Source: an uncultured Acidobacteriota bacterium
Lineage (GTDB): Bacteria > Acidobacteriota > UBA6911
Direction of reading: 5' to 3'
DNA length: 64,000 nucleotides
Assembly (NCBI GenBank): GCA_963809485.1
Contig: CAWEJX010000008.1
Span: 128,001-192,000, forward strand
Translations under genes and position numbers: made by a program
Notes under the pieces: generated by a model
Database searches by the model: none
Told to the model about the DNA's origin: nothing
What the model saw: only the letters and a program-made list of their open reading frames with translations
Part shown: positions 35,047 through 44,686 of the stretch, one piece after another
Position numbering within the stretch: the stretch's first letter is position 1
Layout: each line of letters opens with the position of its first letter

Positions 35047-35440
35047 TCTATTGGTAAACCCCCGGCTGTGCCGGGGGACTCATATAGTTTGACAGCTCCG
35101 TATTTTGAAACGCTGAGATACGCTGACAAAAGCGCTGACAAACGCCGATTTGTTCGGCGAGGGTCGGCGAGCAAAAGCCGATGAGGCGCTTCCGATGGAG
35201 TTTTCTGCGGCGGCACTGTGGCAAGCGCCGTGCGGCAAGGAGATGGGGATTATGAGAAACCGGGCGTTTGCCACAGTGCCGCCGCAGAAAACTGTCCAGC
35301 GCAGAGCGCTGGCCCCTGCGGGGATCGGAAGCGCCTCATCGGCTTTTGCCCGCGTATGTCAGCGTTCAAGACCGGCGTATCTTGTCCAACCGCTTTGAGC
35401 GGTTCGAATCTTGCCTCCGGCTTTGCCGGAGGTATCTGAC
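35047..35440 (+). mobile_element. IS200/IS605-end element, long form with 182-bp internal inverted-repeat insert
   Basis: Follows TAAT; both terminal hairpins present; ends TGAC; near-identical to 62995-63392. Confidence 0.88.
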
Positions 35441-35469
35441 TCAGACTTTTGACAGATCGGAGAACCGAT

Positions 35470-36402
35470 ATGCGCATTCTATTCTGTCGTACCCTTGCAT
35501 TGTTCCTGGGACTGACCCTTTTGGGGTGGAAGGCAAATGCACAGGTTCCGGAACAGACAGCTTTCGCCACTCCGGACGAGGCTGCAACCGCGCTTCTCGA
35601 AGCGCTGAAATCAGACGACCTCGACAAACTACGGTCGATCTTTGGTCCTGATGCGCAACAGGCCCTTTCGTCGGGTGACCTGCTATTGGACCGTCATGAC
35701 CGTACCGTCATCGCCCTCGCAATACAGCAGTCCTGGCAGTGGGTGAAGCGCGATTCCAAGAACAGGACGCTCGTGATTGGAGAGGAACGCTGGCCGTTTC
35801 CGGTTCCGCTTGCGAAGAAAGCCAATGGCTGGCAATTTGACACCCAAGCCGGAAAAGACGAGGTTTTGGCACGGCGCATTGGGCGAAATGAGATCTTTAT
35901 TATCGACCTGTGCAGGGCTTATGCCAATATGCAGCAGAGGTACTCAAGTCAACCGCACGACGGTAAGCCGGCTGGATTGTATGCGCAAAAGATTCGGAGC
36001 ACTCCCGGCCGTCAGGACGGCCTGTATTGGAGTGTGAAGCCGGGAGAGCGGCCTAGTCCCTTGGGCGATCTCGCGGCCGAGGCGGCCGCGGAAGGATACA
36101 ATCCTGAGAATAATCAGCCCACCCCGTTTTGGGGCTATTACTTCCGAATTCTCACTGCCCAGGGGAAGTCGGCGCCTGGAGGCCCCAAGAGCTATATCGT
36201 CGACGGCAACATGTCGGAAGGATTCGCTCTTATCGCCTATCCTGCCAGGTACGGGTACAGCGGAGTCATGACCTTCATCGTCAACCAAAGCGGTGTTGTA
36301 TACGAGAAGGATCTGGGTCCGGAGACGCCCAAAATCGCGGGCAGCCTGAATGAGTACGATCCTGACAGGTCATGGAAAGTTGTGAGAGAGATCGTCCCGT
36401 AG
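35470..36402 (+). CDS. Secreted DUF2950 family protein
   Basis: F.TPDEAA.AL, WPFPVPL, RRIGRNE, DGLYW, GYYFRIL and YG.SGVMTF. Confidence 0.88.
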   Translation: MRILFCRTLALFLGLTLLGWKANAQVPEQTAFATPDEAATALLEALKSDDLDKLRSIFGPDAQQALSSGDLLLDRHDRTVIALAIQQSWQWVKRDSKNRTLVIGEERWPFPVPLAKKANGWQFDTQAGKDEVLARRIGRNEIFIIDLCRAYANMQQRYSSQPHDGKPAGLYAQKIRSTPGRQDGLYWSVKPGERPSPLGDLAAEAAAEGYNPENNQPTPFWGYYFRILTAQGKSAPGGPKSYIVDGNMSEGFALIAYPARYGYSGVMTFIVNQSGVVYEKDLGPETPKIAGSLNEYDPDRSWKVVREIVP

Positions 36403-36430
36403 ACGTCTCAATTCATAAGGAGGCAGCAGC

Positions 36431-37056
36431 ATGACAAGCCATGATCCGCACATACCGGTCAGCGCGCAGGAAGGCTCTCAGACGCCTGATCGACGGAAAT
36501 GAGCGGTTCCTGAACGGACAGCGCCCGCTTCCCCACCCATCAGAAAGAAGTCCTGGCCTCCCTGGTACGCGAACAGCGCCCCTACGCAACCATTCTCGGT
36601 TGCAGTGACTCACGCGTGCCACCGGAGCTCATCTTCGACGCCAATTTTGGGGAATTGTTCGTCATCCGTGTCGCCGGCAACGTGCTATCGCCCGAAGTAG
36701 CCGGCTCGATGCAATACGCGGGGATGCATCTGAAGACGCCCTTGTTCGTTGTGCTCGGCCACGAAAACTGCGGCGCTGTCCACGCGGCGCTCGACATGAA
36801 GTTCCGCAATGCCGTACAACCGTCACGCATAGAACTTCTCATTCGAAATATCCTGCCCTCGCTGGAAAATATCGACGAGCATGCCGATCCGGCGGCTCAG
36901 ATGGCGTCTGCGGTAGAAGCCAATGTCCGCTGGAGCATGCGGCAGATAGCCGAATCGCCTGAGGGACGCGCTCGAGCGGCGGAAGGAACTTATATGCTCG
37001 TGGGGGCCATCTTCGAAATTGCGACCGGCCGGGTGAGGTTTCTGGAGCCGGTCTGA
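36431..37056 (+). CDS. Beta-class carbonic anhydrase, frameshifts in the 5' part
   Basis: AL.RL.DGNERF, GCSDSRVPPE, FVIRVAGN and LGHENCGAV; AAGGAGG RBS. Confidence 0.88.
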
Positions 37057-37066
37057 ATCAGTCTGA

Positions 37067-37266
37067 CTCAATCGGCAAGCCGCCGGCTCTGCCGGGTGAC
37101 TGATGGAGTATGGCAGTCGCGGATTTTGAAACGCTGACATACGCTGACAAAAACGCTGATACACGCCGATGCATTTGGCGAGGATCCGCGTTATGGCTAT
37201 GGAACTCGTCCAGCCGCTTTGAGCGGTCACAACTGAAAGCCGCCGGCTTTGCCGGAGGTAAATGCC
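37067..37266 (+). mobile_element. Diverged copy of the IS200/IS605-end element
   Basis: ccggctctgccgg left hairpin, CGCTGA repeats, gccgctttgagcggt, and ccggctttgccggagg right hairpin. Confidence 0.8.
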
Positions 37267-37497
37267 TGTTTTAATAATCGCGCACGGATGCCCACGGAAA
37301 TTAATCCACGAAAATCCCTCAAATCCGTGTCCTCTTCTTTGGGTTGGGCCGAGTGGCTGTCAGCCCAGTCCCTCCCCGGACTGGTAAAATTGACAGTTTA
37401 TCGCCGGCAGGCAACTGAATAACCTTCCCTCGAATCTCCAAAATATGCCCCATACCAGACAGGAGGCAGAGTCCGTCGCGATTCGGAGAAAGACACA

Positions 37498-38832
37498 ATG
37501 CTCATTTGGATGGAATTGGCAGTATTGCTGGCTGCAATCGTTCTGGGAGCCCGAATGGGCGGGATCGGCCTCGGGCCGATGGGCGGCCTTGGGCTACTGG
37601 TGTTCGTTTTTGTATTCCACCTGCCCCCGGGCAGCCCGCCCGGCAACGTCCTGGGGATGATCCTGGCTGTGATTACGGCCCTGTCGCTCATGCAGGCAGC
37701 GGGAGGATTGGACTACGTCATTCAGCTCGCCGAGAAAGTCCTGCGCCGGAACCCTCGCCGCATCACGATCCTTGCCCCGCTGGTCACCTATCTTCTGATC
37801 CTGGCCTCCGGCACGCAGCATGTGATTTATGCCCTGCTTCCAGTGATCGCGGAGGTGGCGCGCAAAGCCGGGATCCGGCCTGAGCGTCCGCTATCGATGA
37901 GCGTGATCGCTTCGCAGCATGGGCTCGTGGCCTCGCCTGTCTCCGCGGCAACGGTCGCACTCATCGCGGGATTGACAGCGTCGGGTGTGGGATTGCCTCA
38001 GGTCATGATGATCACAATCCCGGCCACCCTGCTCGGCGTAATCGCCGGCATTTTCTCGGTTGCCTTCCGAGGGCGCGAACTGGCGGAGGATCCCGAATAT
38101 AAGCTGCGGCTCGCTCAGGGGAAAGTGACGCCTCCCGCAGAACGGACCGAACTTGCCGGCGCCGAACGAAAAAAAGCCATGGGATCCTGCATGGTTTTCC
38201 TGGCTGCAATTCTCGCAGTGGTCTTAATCGGACTTTTTCCGGCGCTTCGGCCGGTTTATGAAAAAGTCGCAGAAGGTGTGACCGAAACGGGGCAGGTGGA
38301 AATGGGCCGTGCCGTGATGATTGTCATGTTGGCGGCAGCTGCCCTGTTGCTGCTGGTCTTCCGGGCTGATCCCGAGAAGGCCGTGAAGGGGAGCATCATG
38401 AAGGGCGGCCTCACCGCCATCATCTGCATCCTGGGAGTTTCATGGATGGGATCATCCTTTTTCGAGGGAAACCAGCCCGCGATCGTGGGCGCCATCTCGT
38501 CCGTGATTCAGACACAGCCCTGGATTTTCGCCGCAGGCCTTTTTGTTCTTTCGATTCTGCTTTTCAGTCAGGCCGCAACGGTCACAATCCTTGTCCCTGT
38601 GGCTCTGGCCCTGGGCTTGCCCGTCCCGCTTATCGTCGGCGCCTATCCGGCCGTAAATGGCAACTTCTTCCTTCCCACTTACGGTACTGTGCTGGCCGCC
38701 GTTTCCTTTGATCAAACCGGTACAACACGCATCGGGAGGTATTTGCTCAATCACAGTTTCATGCTGCCGGGGCTGGTGACGACAGTGACTGCCGCAATAG
38801 CGGCTTCCATCCTGGCCCAGTGGCTTCTTTAG
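37498..38832 (+). CDS. Anaerobic C4-dicarboxylate transporter (DcuA/DcuB family)
   Basis: LGARMGGIGLG, AAGGLDY, RPERPLS, ASPVSAA and GTTRIGRYLLNHSFMLPG. Confidence 0.93.
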   Translation: MLIWMELAVLLAAIVLGARMGGIGLGPMGGLGLLVFVFVFHLPPGSPPGNVLGMILAVITALSLMQAAGGLDYVIQLAEKVLRRNPRRITILAPLVTYLLILASGTQHVIYALLPVIAEVARKAGIRPERPLSMSVIASQHGLVASPVSAATVALIAGLTASGVGLPQVMMITIPATLLGVIAGIFSVAFRGRELAEDPEYKLRLAQGKVTPPAERTELAGAERKKAMGSCMVFLAAILAVVLIGLFPALRPVYEKVAEGVTETGQVEMGRAVMIVMLAAAALLLLVFRADPEKAVKGSIMKGGLTAIICILGVSWMGSSFFEGNQPAIVGAISSVIQTQPWIFAAGLFVLSILLFSQAATVTILVPVALALGLPVPLIVGAYPAVNGNFFLPTYGTVLAAVSFDQTGTTRIGRYLLNHSFMLPGLVTTVTAAIAASILAQWLL

Positions 38833-38848
38833 CAACCTGGAGGTATTT

Positions 38849-40333
38849 ATGAGACGCCTTATTCCTGTATTTCTTTCCTTACTTATTGTCCTGACTGCAA
38901 TCCAGGGCGCTTCTGCTCAGCAGAAGTTCCGTTTGGAAAAGGATCTGCTGGGTGAAAAACAGATCCCTGCGGACGCCTACTACGGTGTTCAGACCGCCCG
39001 GGCCCTCGAAAATTTTCCTATCTCTGGATTTTTGATCAATCACTATCCCGGTTTCGTTGAGGCGAATGCAATGGTCAAGCTGGCTGCAGCGAGAGCCAAC
39101 ACGGATGTCGGCGCCATGAAACCGGAGACATTGGCCGCTATCGAAAAGGCCTGCCAGGCTGTGATCGACGGCAAGTATCACGACCAGTTTTTGGTTGACT
39201 GGTACCAGGGCGGCGCCGGCACGTCCACCAACATGAACGTTAACGAAGTGCTTGCCAATATCGCGCTTGAACTGACCGGACACAAAAAGGGCGAGTACCA
39301 GTTCGTCGATCCACATGACCATCTGAACATGTCACAATCAACCAACGATACCTACCCGACCGCGATCAAGGTTGCCTTTCTCCTGCGAAATGAATACCTG
39401 ATCAAAGAAATGGAGAGTCTCGCAACTTCCTTTAGGTTCAAGGGGAATGCTTTTCTGAAAATGGTCAAGATGGGGCGAACTGAGATGCAGGATGCCGTGC
39501 CCATGACCGTTGGTCAGGAATTCCATGCCTTTGCGGCTGCGCTGGAAGTCGAAATCCAGTTGCTGCGGGACGCCGAGAAGTATTTATACCCCGTCAACAT
39601 GGGCGCGACCGCAATCGGCACCGGAATTAACGTGCCCAAAGGCTACCCGGAAAAATGCGCGGCGCATCTGGCCAAGTTGACCGGCAAGCCTATTGTTCCG
39701 GCCTCGGACATGCTGGCAGCAACCTGGGATCAGCAGGGATTTGTCGCCTATTCCGCGGCGCTCAAAAGCCTGGCCATAAAGCTGTCGAAGATCGCGAGCG
39801 ACTTGATCCTGCTCGCCTCCGGACCGCGCGCGGGACTGTTCGAGATCAACCTGCCGCCGCTTCAACCCGGCTCCTCCATAATGCCCGGCAAAGTTAATCC
39901 GGTCATGCCGGAAGTGATGAATATTGTCGCTTTTCGCGTTATGGGCAACGATCAAAGCGTAGGCCTTGCGGCGCACCATGGGCAGCTGCAGCTTAATGCC
40001 TATGAACCGCTCGCCGGTCTGGCCGTGATTGAGTCTCAGGCCCTGCTATTCCGCACCTCCAATCTCTTTCGCACAAAGTGTATCGACGGCATCACAGTGA
40101 ACGAGAAGACCCTGCAACGATACATGGAAACCACCGTCGGAATCGTCACGGCGCTCAATCCGGTTCTCGGCTATGAAAAGGCAACCGAGCTGGCCGCTGA
40201 AGCTTACAAGAGCGGCAAAGGAATTATTGAAATCATCCGGGAAAAGAAAGTCCTTACCGAACAGCAGATTCAGGAGTTGCTGGACCCGGCCAAGCTGACC
40301 GGGCTCGATATATCCAAGTATGCGGATAAATAA
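38849..40333 (+). CDS. aspA: Aspartate ammonia-lyase with N-terminal Sec signal peptide
   Basis: R.EKDLLG..PADAYYGVQT.RA, QGGAGTS.NMN, GSSIMPGKVNP; preceded by MRRLIPVFLSLLIVLTAIQGASA. Confidence 0.92.
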   Translation: MRRLIPVFLSLLIVLTAIQGASAQQKFRLEKDLLGEKQIPADAYYGVQTARALENFPISGFLINHYPGFVEANAMVKLAAARANTDVGAMKPETLAAIEKACQAVIDGKYHDQFLVDWYQGGAGTSTNMNVNEVLANIALELTGHKKGEYQFVDPHDHLNMSQSTNDTYPTAIKVAFLLRNEYLIKEMESLATSFRFKGNAFLKMVKMGRTEMQDAVPMTVGQEFHAFAAALEVEIQLLRDAEKYLYPVNMGATAIGTGINVPKGYPEKCAAHLAKLTGKPIVPASDMLAATWDQQGFVAYSAALKSLAIKLSKIASDLILLASGPRAGLFEINLPPLQPGSSIMPGKVNPVMPEVMNIVAFRVMGNDQSVGLAAHHGQLQLNAYEPLAGLAVIESQALLFRTSNLFRTKCIDGITVNEKTLQRYMETTVGIVTALNPVLGYEKATELAAEAYKSGKGIIEIIREKKVLTEQQIQELLDPAKLTGLDISKYADK

Positions 40334-40359
40334 ACTCAATGATCCAGGAGGTAACTGTC

Positions 40360-41427
40360 ATGAAGTGCAAGATCCAGGTTTTGTGGTTGGGGATTCTGGT
40401 CGCCGCCTTTTTGGCCGTCTCTATGGCCATGGCCGCCGATCTCCCGAACATCGTGGTTCTCGCAACAGGTGGCACCATTGCCGGTGCGGCAGCCAGCGAT
40501 GTTCAGGCCGGCTACACATCCGGCCAGGTAGGAGTCGATCAGCTCCTCGCCGCCGTGCCCCAGGCTAAGAAGCTGGCAGTTTTGCGCGGCGAACAGATCT
40601 CGAACATCGGCTCGCAGGATATGAACGATGAGGTCTGGCTGAAGCTGGCCCGCCGCATCAACGAGCTGACGGCGATGTCGAACGTTGATGGCGTGGTCAT
40701 CACCCATGGCACGGACACTATCGAGGAAACGGGATATTTCCTGAACCTGGTTGTCAAATCAAAGAAACCTGTCGTGCTGACAGCCGCCATGCGCCCGTCG
40801 ACGGCGCTTTCCGCCGACGGCCCGCTCAACTTTTTCAATGCAGTGGCGGTGGCGGCCAACAAGGACGCCGCTGGCCGCGGAGTGCTGGTTGTCGTTAACG
40901 ACTGGATCCACGGGGCATCCTCACTAACCAAAGCCAGCACTACGGCGGTGCAGACCTTTCTTTCGCCATTGCGCGGTTTGATCGGCACAGTCGCCTACGG
41001 TGAAGCCGAATTCTATCGCGGGCCCGTTGGCCGAAACACAACCGAATCGGAGTTTTTTTTGGACGGTGTCACACTCCTGCCCCGCGTGGACATAATCATG
41101 GCTCACGAGAACATGGACGGGAAACTCATTGATGCGGCAGTAGCGGCAGGTGCAAAGGGCATTGTGATCGCCGGAGTCGGAAACGGCAATATGACAAAGG
41201 ACGCCCTCGACGCTCTTGCAGCACAAGCCAAGAAGGGCATTATTTGTGTCCGTTCTTCGCGTGTAGCCACGGGCCTGGTGGGCCGCAATGTTGAAGTGGA
41301 CGACGACAAATTGAGTCTGGTCGCCTCACTTGGATTGAATCCCCAGAAATCGCGTGTGCTCCTCCGGCTGGCCCTGTTGAAGTCGCGCACCCTGGCGGAT
41401 ATCCAGCGAATTTTCGAGGAGTACTGA
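40360..41427 (+). CDS. ansB: Type II (periplasmic) L-asparaginase
   Basis: Signal peptide, ATGGTIAG, HGTDT, NIGSQDM and LNPQK.R.LL. Confidence 0.93.
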   Translation: MKCKIQVLWLGILVAAFLAVSMAMAADLPNIVVLATGGTIAGAAASDVQAGYTSGQVGVDQLLAAVPQAKKLAVLRGEQISNIGSQDMNDEVWLKLARRINELTAMSNVDGVVITHGTDTIEETGYFLNLVVKSKKPVVLTAAMRPSTALSADGPLNFFNAVAVAANKDAAGRGVLVVVNDWIHGASSLTKASTTAVQTFLSPLRGLIGTVAYGEAEFYRGPVGRNTTESEFFLDGVTLLPRVDIIMAHENMDGKLIDAAVAAGAKGIVIAGVGNGNMTKDALDALAAQAKKGIICVRSSRVATGLVGRNVEVDDDKLSLVASLGLNPQKSRVLLRLALLKSRTLADIQRIFEEY

Positions 41428-41553
41428 GAGGCTAACAAATAAAGGACACGGGTTTTCCCGGATCTTCACTGATGTAAATCCGTAAAACCAGCGTAGATTC
41501 ATGTCCTTTTCTTCAGCACGAAATCAGTCCAATTCATATGGAGGTCATGCCTC

Positions 41554-42777
41554 ATGAACAGAACCGTTGAGAACATACTGAAAAGCCTGTTCTTGTTTTT
41601 ATTTATTGCAGCCGGCAGCCAGCTGGTTTGCGCGCAGACAGGCGAGCAAGCCAAGCCTTTCTTGGACATTTATGGCTTTGCCATGATGGATGCCGGATAC
41701 GATTTTAAGCAGGTGCACCCCGACTGGTTTGACGTCGTGCGGCCAACCAAGCTTCCCTCCTTTGAAAATGAGTTTGGCGCCGACGGCAATACCTACTTCA
41801 GCGCCCGCCAGACCCGGTTCGGCGTCAAATCCGAAGTGCCAACAAGCATGGGCACCCTCAAGACCATCTTCGAATTTGAACTGTTCGGAACAGGCGTGGA
41901 CGCTGGTCAGACCACATTCCGTTTGCGCCACGCCTATGGCGAACTGGGGCAGGTCGGAGCGGGTCAATACTGGAGCCCATTCATGGATATCGATGTATTC
42001 CCCAACACGGTGGAGTATTGGGGTCCGACTGGAATGGTGTTCTTCCGCAATGTGCAGTTCCGCTGGATGCCTCTTAAGGGCGACTCCCGCATCACGATTG
42101 CCTTGGAGCGGCCGGGCGCCAGTGCAGACCAGGGAGTGTACAGCAATAGGATCGAATTGGAGGATGTCCATGCACATTTCCCGATGCCGGACATCTCGGG
42201 AGAAGCGCGCCTTGGCCGCAAGTGGGGCTATGTGGAGGCCGCCGGGATCCTGCGCCGCATCGAATGGGAGGATTTAGGCACCGACCAGTACGATCTCACC
42301 GGAGAAGCCTGGGGATGGGGCGTCAACCTCAGTTCCAACCTGAAAGTCGGAAAGAAGGACGTGATCAAACTTCAGTTCGTTTACGGCGAAGGGATCCAGA
42401 ACTACATGAACGACGCGCCGCAGGATGTCGGGATAGCGTCCAATCCAGGCAACACCACTGCTCCCGTTAAAGGTGAAGCGCTGCCCCTGATCGGCATTGT
42501 CGCATTTTACGACCACTATTGGAGCGACAAGTTCAGCAGCAGCTTCGGGTATTCCCGCCTGGACATTGATAACAGTGCCGGGCAGGCTGACGATGCCTTT
42601 AAGACCGGTCAATACGCTGTTGCCAACCTTCTCTACTACCCGGTGAAGGATGCCATGGTAGGTGGCGAGTTCCAATGGGGTCATCGTGAAAATTTCCGGG
42701 ATGGATGGAGCGTACCGGACTACAGGATTCAGTTTTCATTCAAATACAACTTTTCGTTCCGAGTTTTGGGGAACTAA
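41554..42777 (+). CDS. DcaP-family outer membrane porin
   Basis: Signal peptide, ARQTRFG, RLRHAYG, GQ.WS.FMD and C-terminal QFSFKYNF beta strand. Confidence 0.8.
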   Translation: MNRTVENILKSLFLFLFIAAGSQLVCAQTGEQAKPFLDIYGFAMMDAGYDFKQVHPDWFDVVRPTKLPSFENEFGADGNTYFSARQTRFGVKSEVPTSMGTLKTIFEFELFGTGVDAGQTTFRLRHAYGELGQVGAGQYWSPFMDIDVFPNTVEYWGPTGMVFFRNVQFRWMPLKGDSRITIALERPGASADQGVYSNRIELEDVHAHFPMPDISGEARLGRKWGYVEAAGILRRIEWEDLGTDQYDLTGEAWGWGVNLSSNLKVGKKDVIKLQFVYGEGIQNYMNDAPQDVGIASNPGNTTAPVKGEALPLIGIVAFYDHYWSDKFSSSFGYSRLDIDNSAGQADDAFKTGQYAVANLLYYPVKDAMVGGEFQWGHRENFRDGWSVPDYRIQFSFKYNFSFRVLGN

Positions 42778-42810
42778 CGCAATCAACCGGATTTGAAAGG
42801 AGAAGGCATA

Positions 42811-44424
42811 ATGGAGAAGTCATTAAAGGATTTTCAGAGCATACCGGGCGCCTGTGGCAGCGGCGAATGCGGGAGCTGTGGATCGGAGACAAAAAATGGC
42901 GGTCTTAGCCGCCGCGACTTTGGATGTGCTGCTCTTACTGCCGTCGCAGCATCGGTCCTCACCGGCTGTTCCACCGCACAGAAACAGACCGTGCAGAAAG
43001 CTGAGCCTGCAGCGCCGGCCCTGCCTGCCATGTCTCAGGACCTGGAAGTGGTCAAGAAATCCAAAGGGCCGATTATGACGACCCTCGAGGAGTTCTATAA
43101 GATGGGCCCGGGTCCCTCGAGCTCCCACACCATGGGAGTTATGCGGTGTACCTATGATTTCTTCCAGAGGGTCAGCAAGCTTCCCGAGGATCAGCTGAAG
43201 AGAGCCACGGCGCTCCAGGTTCATCTGTTTGGAAGTCTCAGCGCGACCGGGAAAGGTCACGGCACGGAACGGGCTGCGCTGGCGGGCCTGCTCGGCAAGG
43301 CTCCTGCCGATTGTCCTCCTCAATTCCTGGACGGCATGGCGGCCAAACCGGAGGAAGTGCATAAGGTCGCCATAGGCCCCGCCACTTTCAGCTTGACCTT
43401 GAAAAACATCATTTACGATGCTACCAAGGGAGACTTTCCGCATCCCAACACGTTGATCGCCAAACTCCTTGCCGGCAATGAAACCATTCTCGAGCAGGAA
43501 TATTATTCGGTCGGCGGAGGCTTCATCGAATGGAAAGGCTACAAGCCGCCGGATAAGGGCCAACCCAAATATCCATTCTCCTGGGCGAAGGATCTAAAGA
43601 AATTCCTCCTCGATGACAAGATTCCGCTGGCGAGGGTACTGCTTGAAAATGAAATGGCCATCTCAGGCAGGAGTGAGAAGCAGATCTGGGAATTCCTCGA
43701 CCAGGTGGCGAGTGTCATGGCTCGAGGGGTGGAGACGGGATTGTCTGTGGAAGGCGTTCTTCCGGGCCCCATCCAATTGCACAGCAAGGCGGCTGCCATT
43801 TATCGCAGTCTGAAGGACACAAACAAAGGACCGGGCGGCCGGGCTATAAGCACGGTGGCGGCTTATGCTTTCGCCATGGGTGAGGAAAACGCCCGCGGAC
43901 ATGTTATCGTGACTGCGCCCACAGGAGGGTCCGCAGGTATTATGCCGGCTGTGCTCCGGTCGCTGCGCGACATTAACACACCTGCCCAAAAAATCCGGGA
44001 AGGATTCCTGGCAGCGGCGGCTATCGGCTACATCTGCAAACACAATGCCACGCTGGCGGGCGCCGAAGGAGGTTGCCAAGCGGAGGTCGGAGTTGGTTCT
44101 TCGATGGCTGCCGCGATGATTGCCCAGGCTTTAGGTGCTCCCCCCAAAGTTGTCTCCAATGCCGCCGAATCAGCTCTCGAACACCACCTTGGCATGACCT
44201 GCGATCCGGTGGCCGGTTTTGTTCAGATCCCTTGTATCGAGCGGTGCGCCTATGGGGCAGTGAAGGCCTGGACGGGCTATTGCATTGCCAGTGAAGAGAT
44301 TCCGGAACAGCGCCGGGTAGATCTCGATACGACAATCGCGGCGATGGCCATGACGGCCAAGGACATGAACGCCAAATATAAGGAGACGTCTGAAGCAGGT
44401 TTGGCCGCTCTTGTGCTCTGTTAG
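42811..44424 (+). CDS. sdaA: Fe-S L-serine ammonia-lyase (single chain) with Tat/lipoprotein leader
   Basis: GPGPSSSHTMG, GSLSATGKGHGT, VTAPT.G.AG, GGCQAEVG and CDPVAG.VQIPCIER; leader SRRDF...VLTG-C. Confidence 0.92.
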   Translation: MEKSLKDFQSIPGACGSGECGSCGSETKNGGLSRRDFGCAALTAVAASVLTGCSTAQKQTVQKAEPAAPALPAMSQDLEVVKKSKGPIMTTLEEFYKMGPGPSSSHTMGVMRCTYDFFQRVSKLPEDQLKRATALQVHLFGSLSATGKGHGTERAALAGLLGKAPADCPPQFLDGMAAKPEEVHKVAIGPATFSLTLKNIIYDATKGDFPHPNTLIAKLLAGNETILEQEYYSVGGGFIEWKGYKPPDKGQPKYPFSWAKDLKKFLLDDKIPLARVLLENEMAISGRSEKQIWEFLDQVASVMARGVETGLSVEGVLPGPIQLHSKAAAIYRSLKDTNKGPGGRAISTVAAYAFAMGEENARGHVIVTAPTGGSAGIMPAVLRSLRDINTPAQKIREGFLAAAAIGYICKHNATLAGAEGGCQAEVGVGSSMAAAMIAQALGAPPKVVSNAAESALEHHLGMTCDPVAGFVQIPCIERCAYGAVKAWTGYCIASEEIPEQRRVDLDTTIAAMAMTAKDMNAKYKETSEAGLAALVLC

Positions 44425-44463
44425 GATCGCGAATGGATAAAAGCCACGGATTTCAGGCTTTGT

Positions 44464-44686
44464 GTCAAGTGCCTCCGGCTTTGCCGGAGGCTTGAAAGAT
44501 TTGAACCACTCAAAGCGCTTGGAGGAGTTACGCCGGTCTTGAACGCTGACTTACGCGGGCAAAAGCCGATCCTCGACGAACAAATCGGCGTTTGTCAGCG
44601 CTTTTGTCAGCGTATCTCAGCGTTTCAAAATACGGAGCTGTCAAACTCTATGAGTCCCCCGGCAGCGCCGGGGGTTTACCAATGGA
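44464..44686 (-). mobile_element. IS200/IS605-end element, complete ends, carrying a scar of the internal insert
   Basis: On the minus strand: TAAT|tccattggtaaa-hairpin ... caag-hairpin-cact-TGAC; contains gggcaaaagccgat at 44557-44570. Confidence 0.88.

Noticed and set aside
34728-35627. Recurring short ORFs such as MSALLSAYLSVSKYGAVKLYESPG and MASAVRQGDG (also near 20.5, 44.6, 46.4, 53.9 and 63.1 kb)
   Set aside because: They are translations of the repeat element; starts, stops and frames differ between copies.
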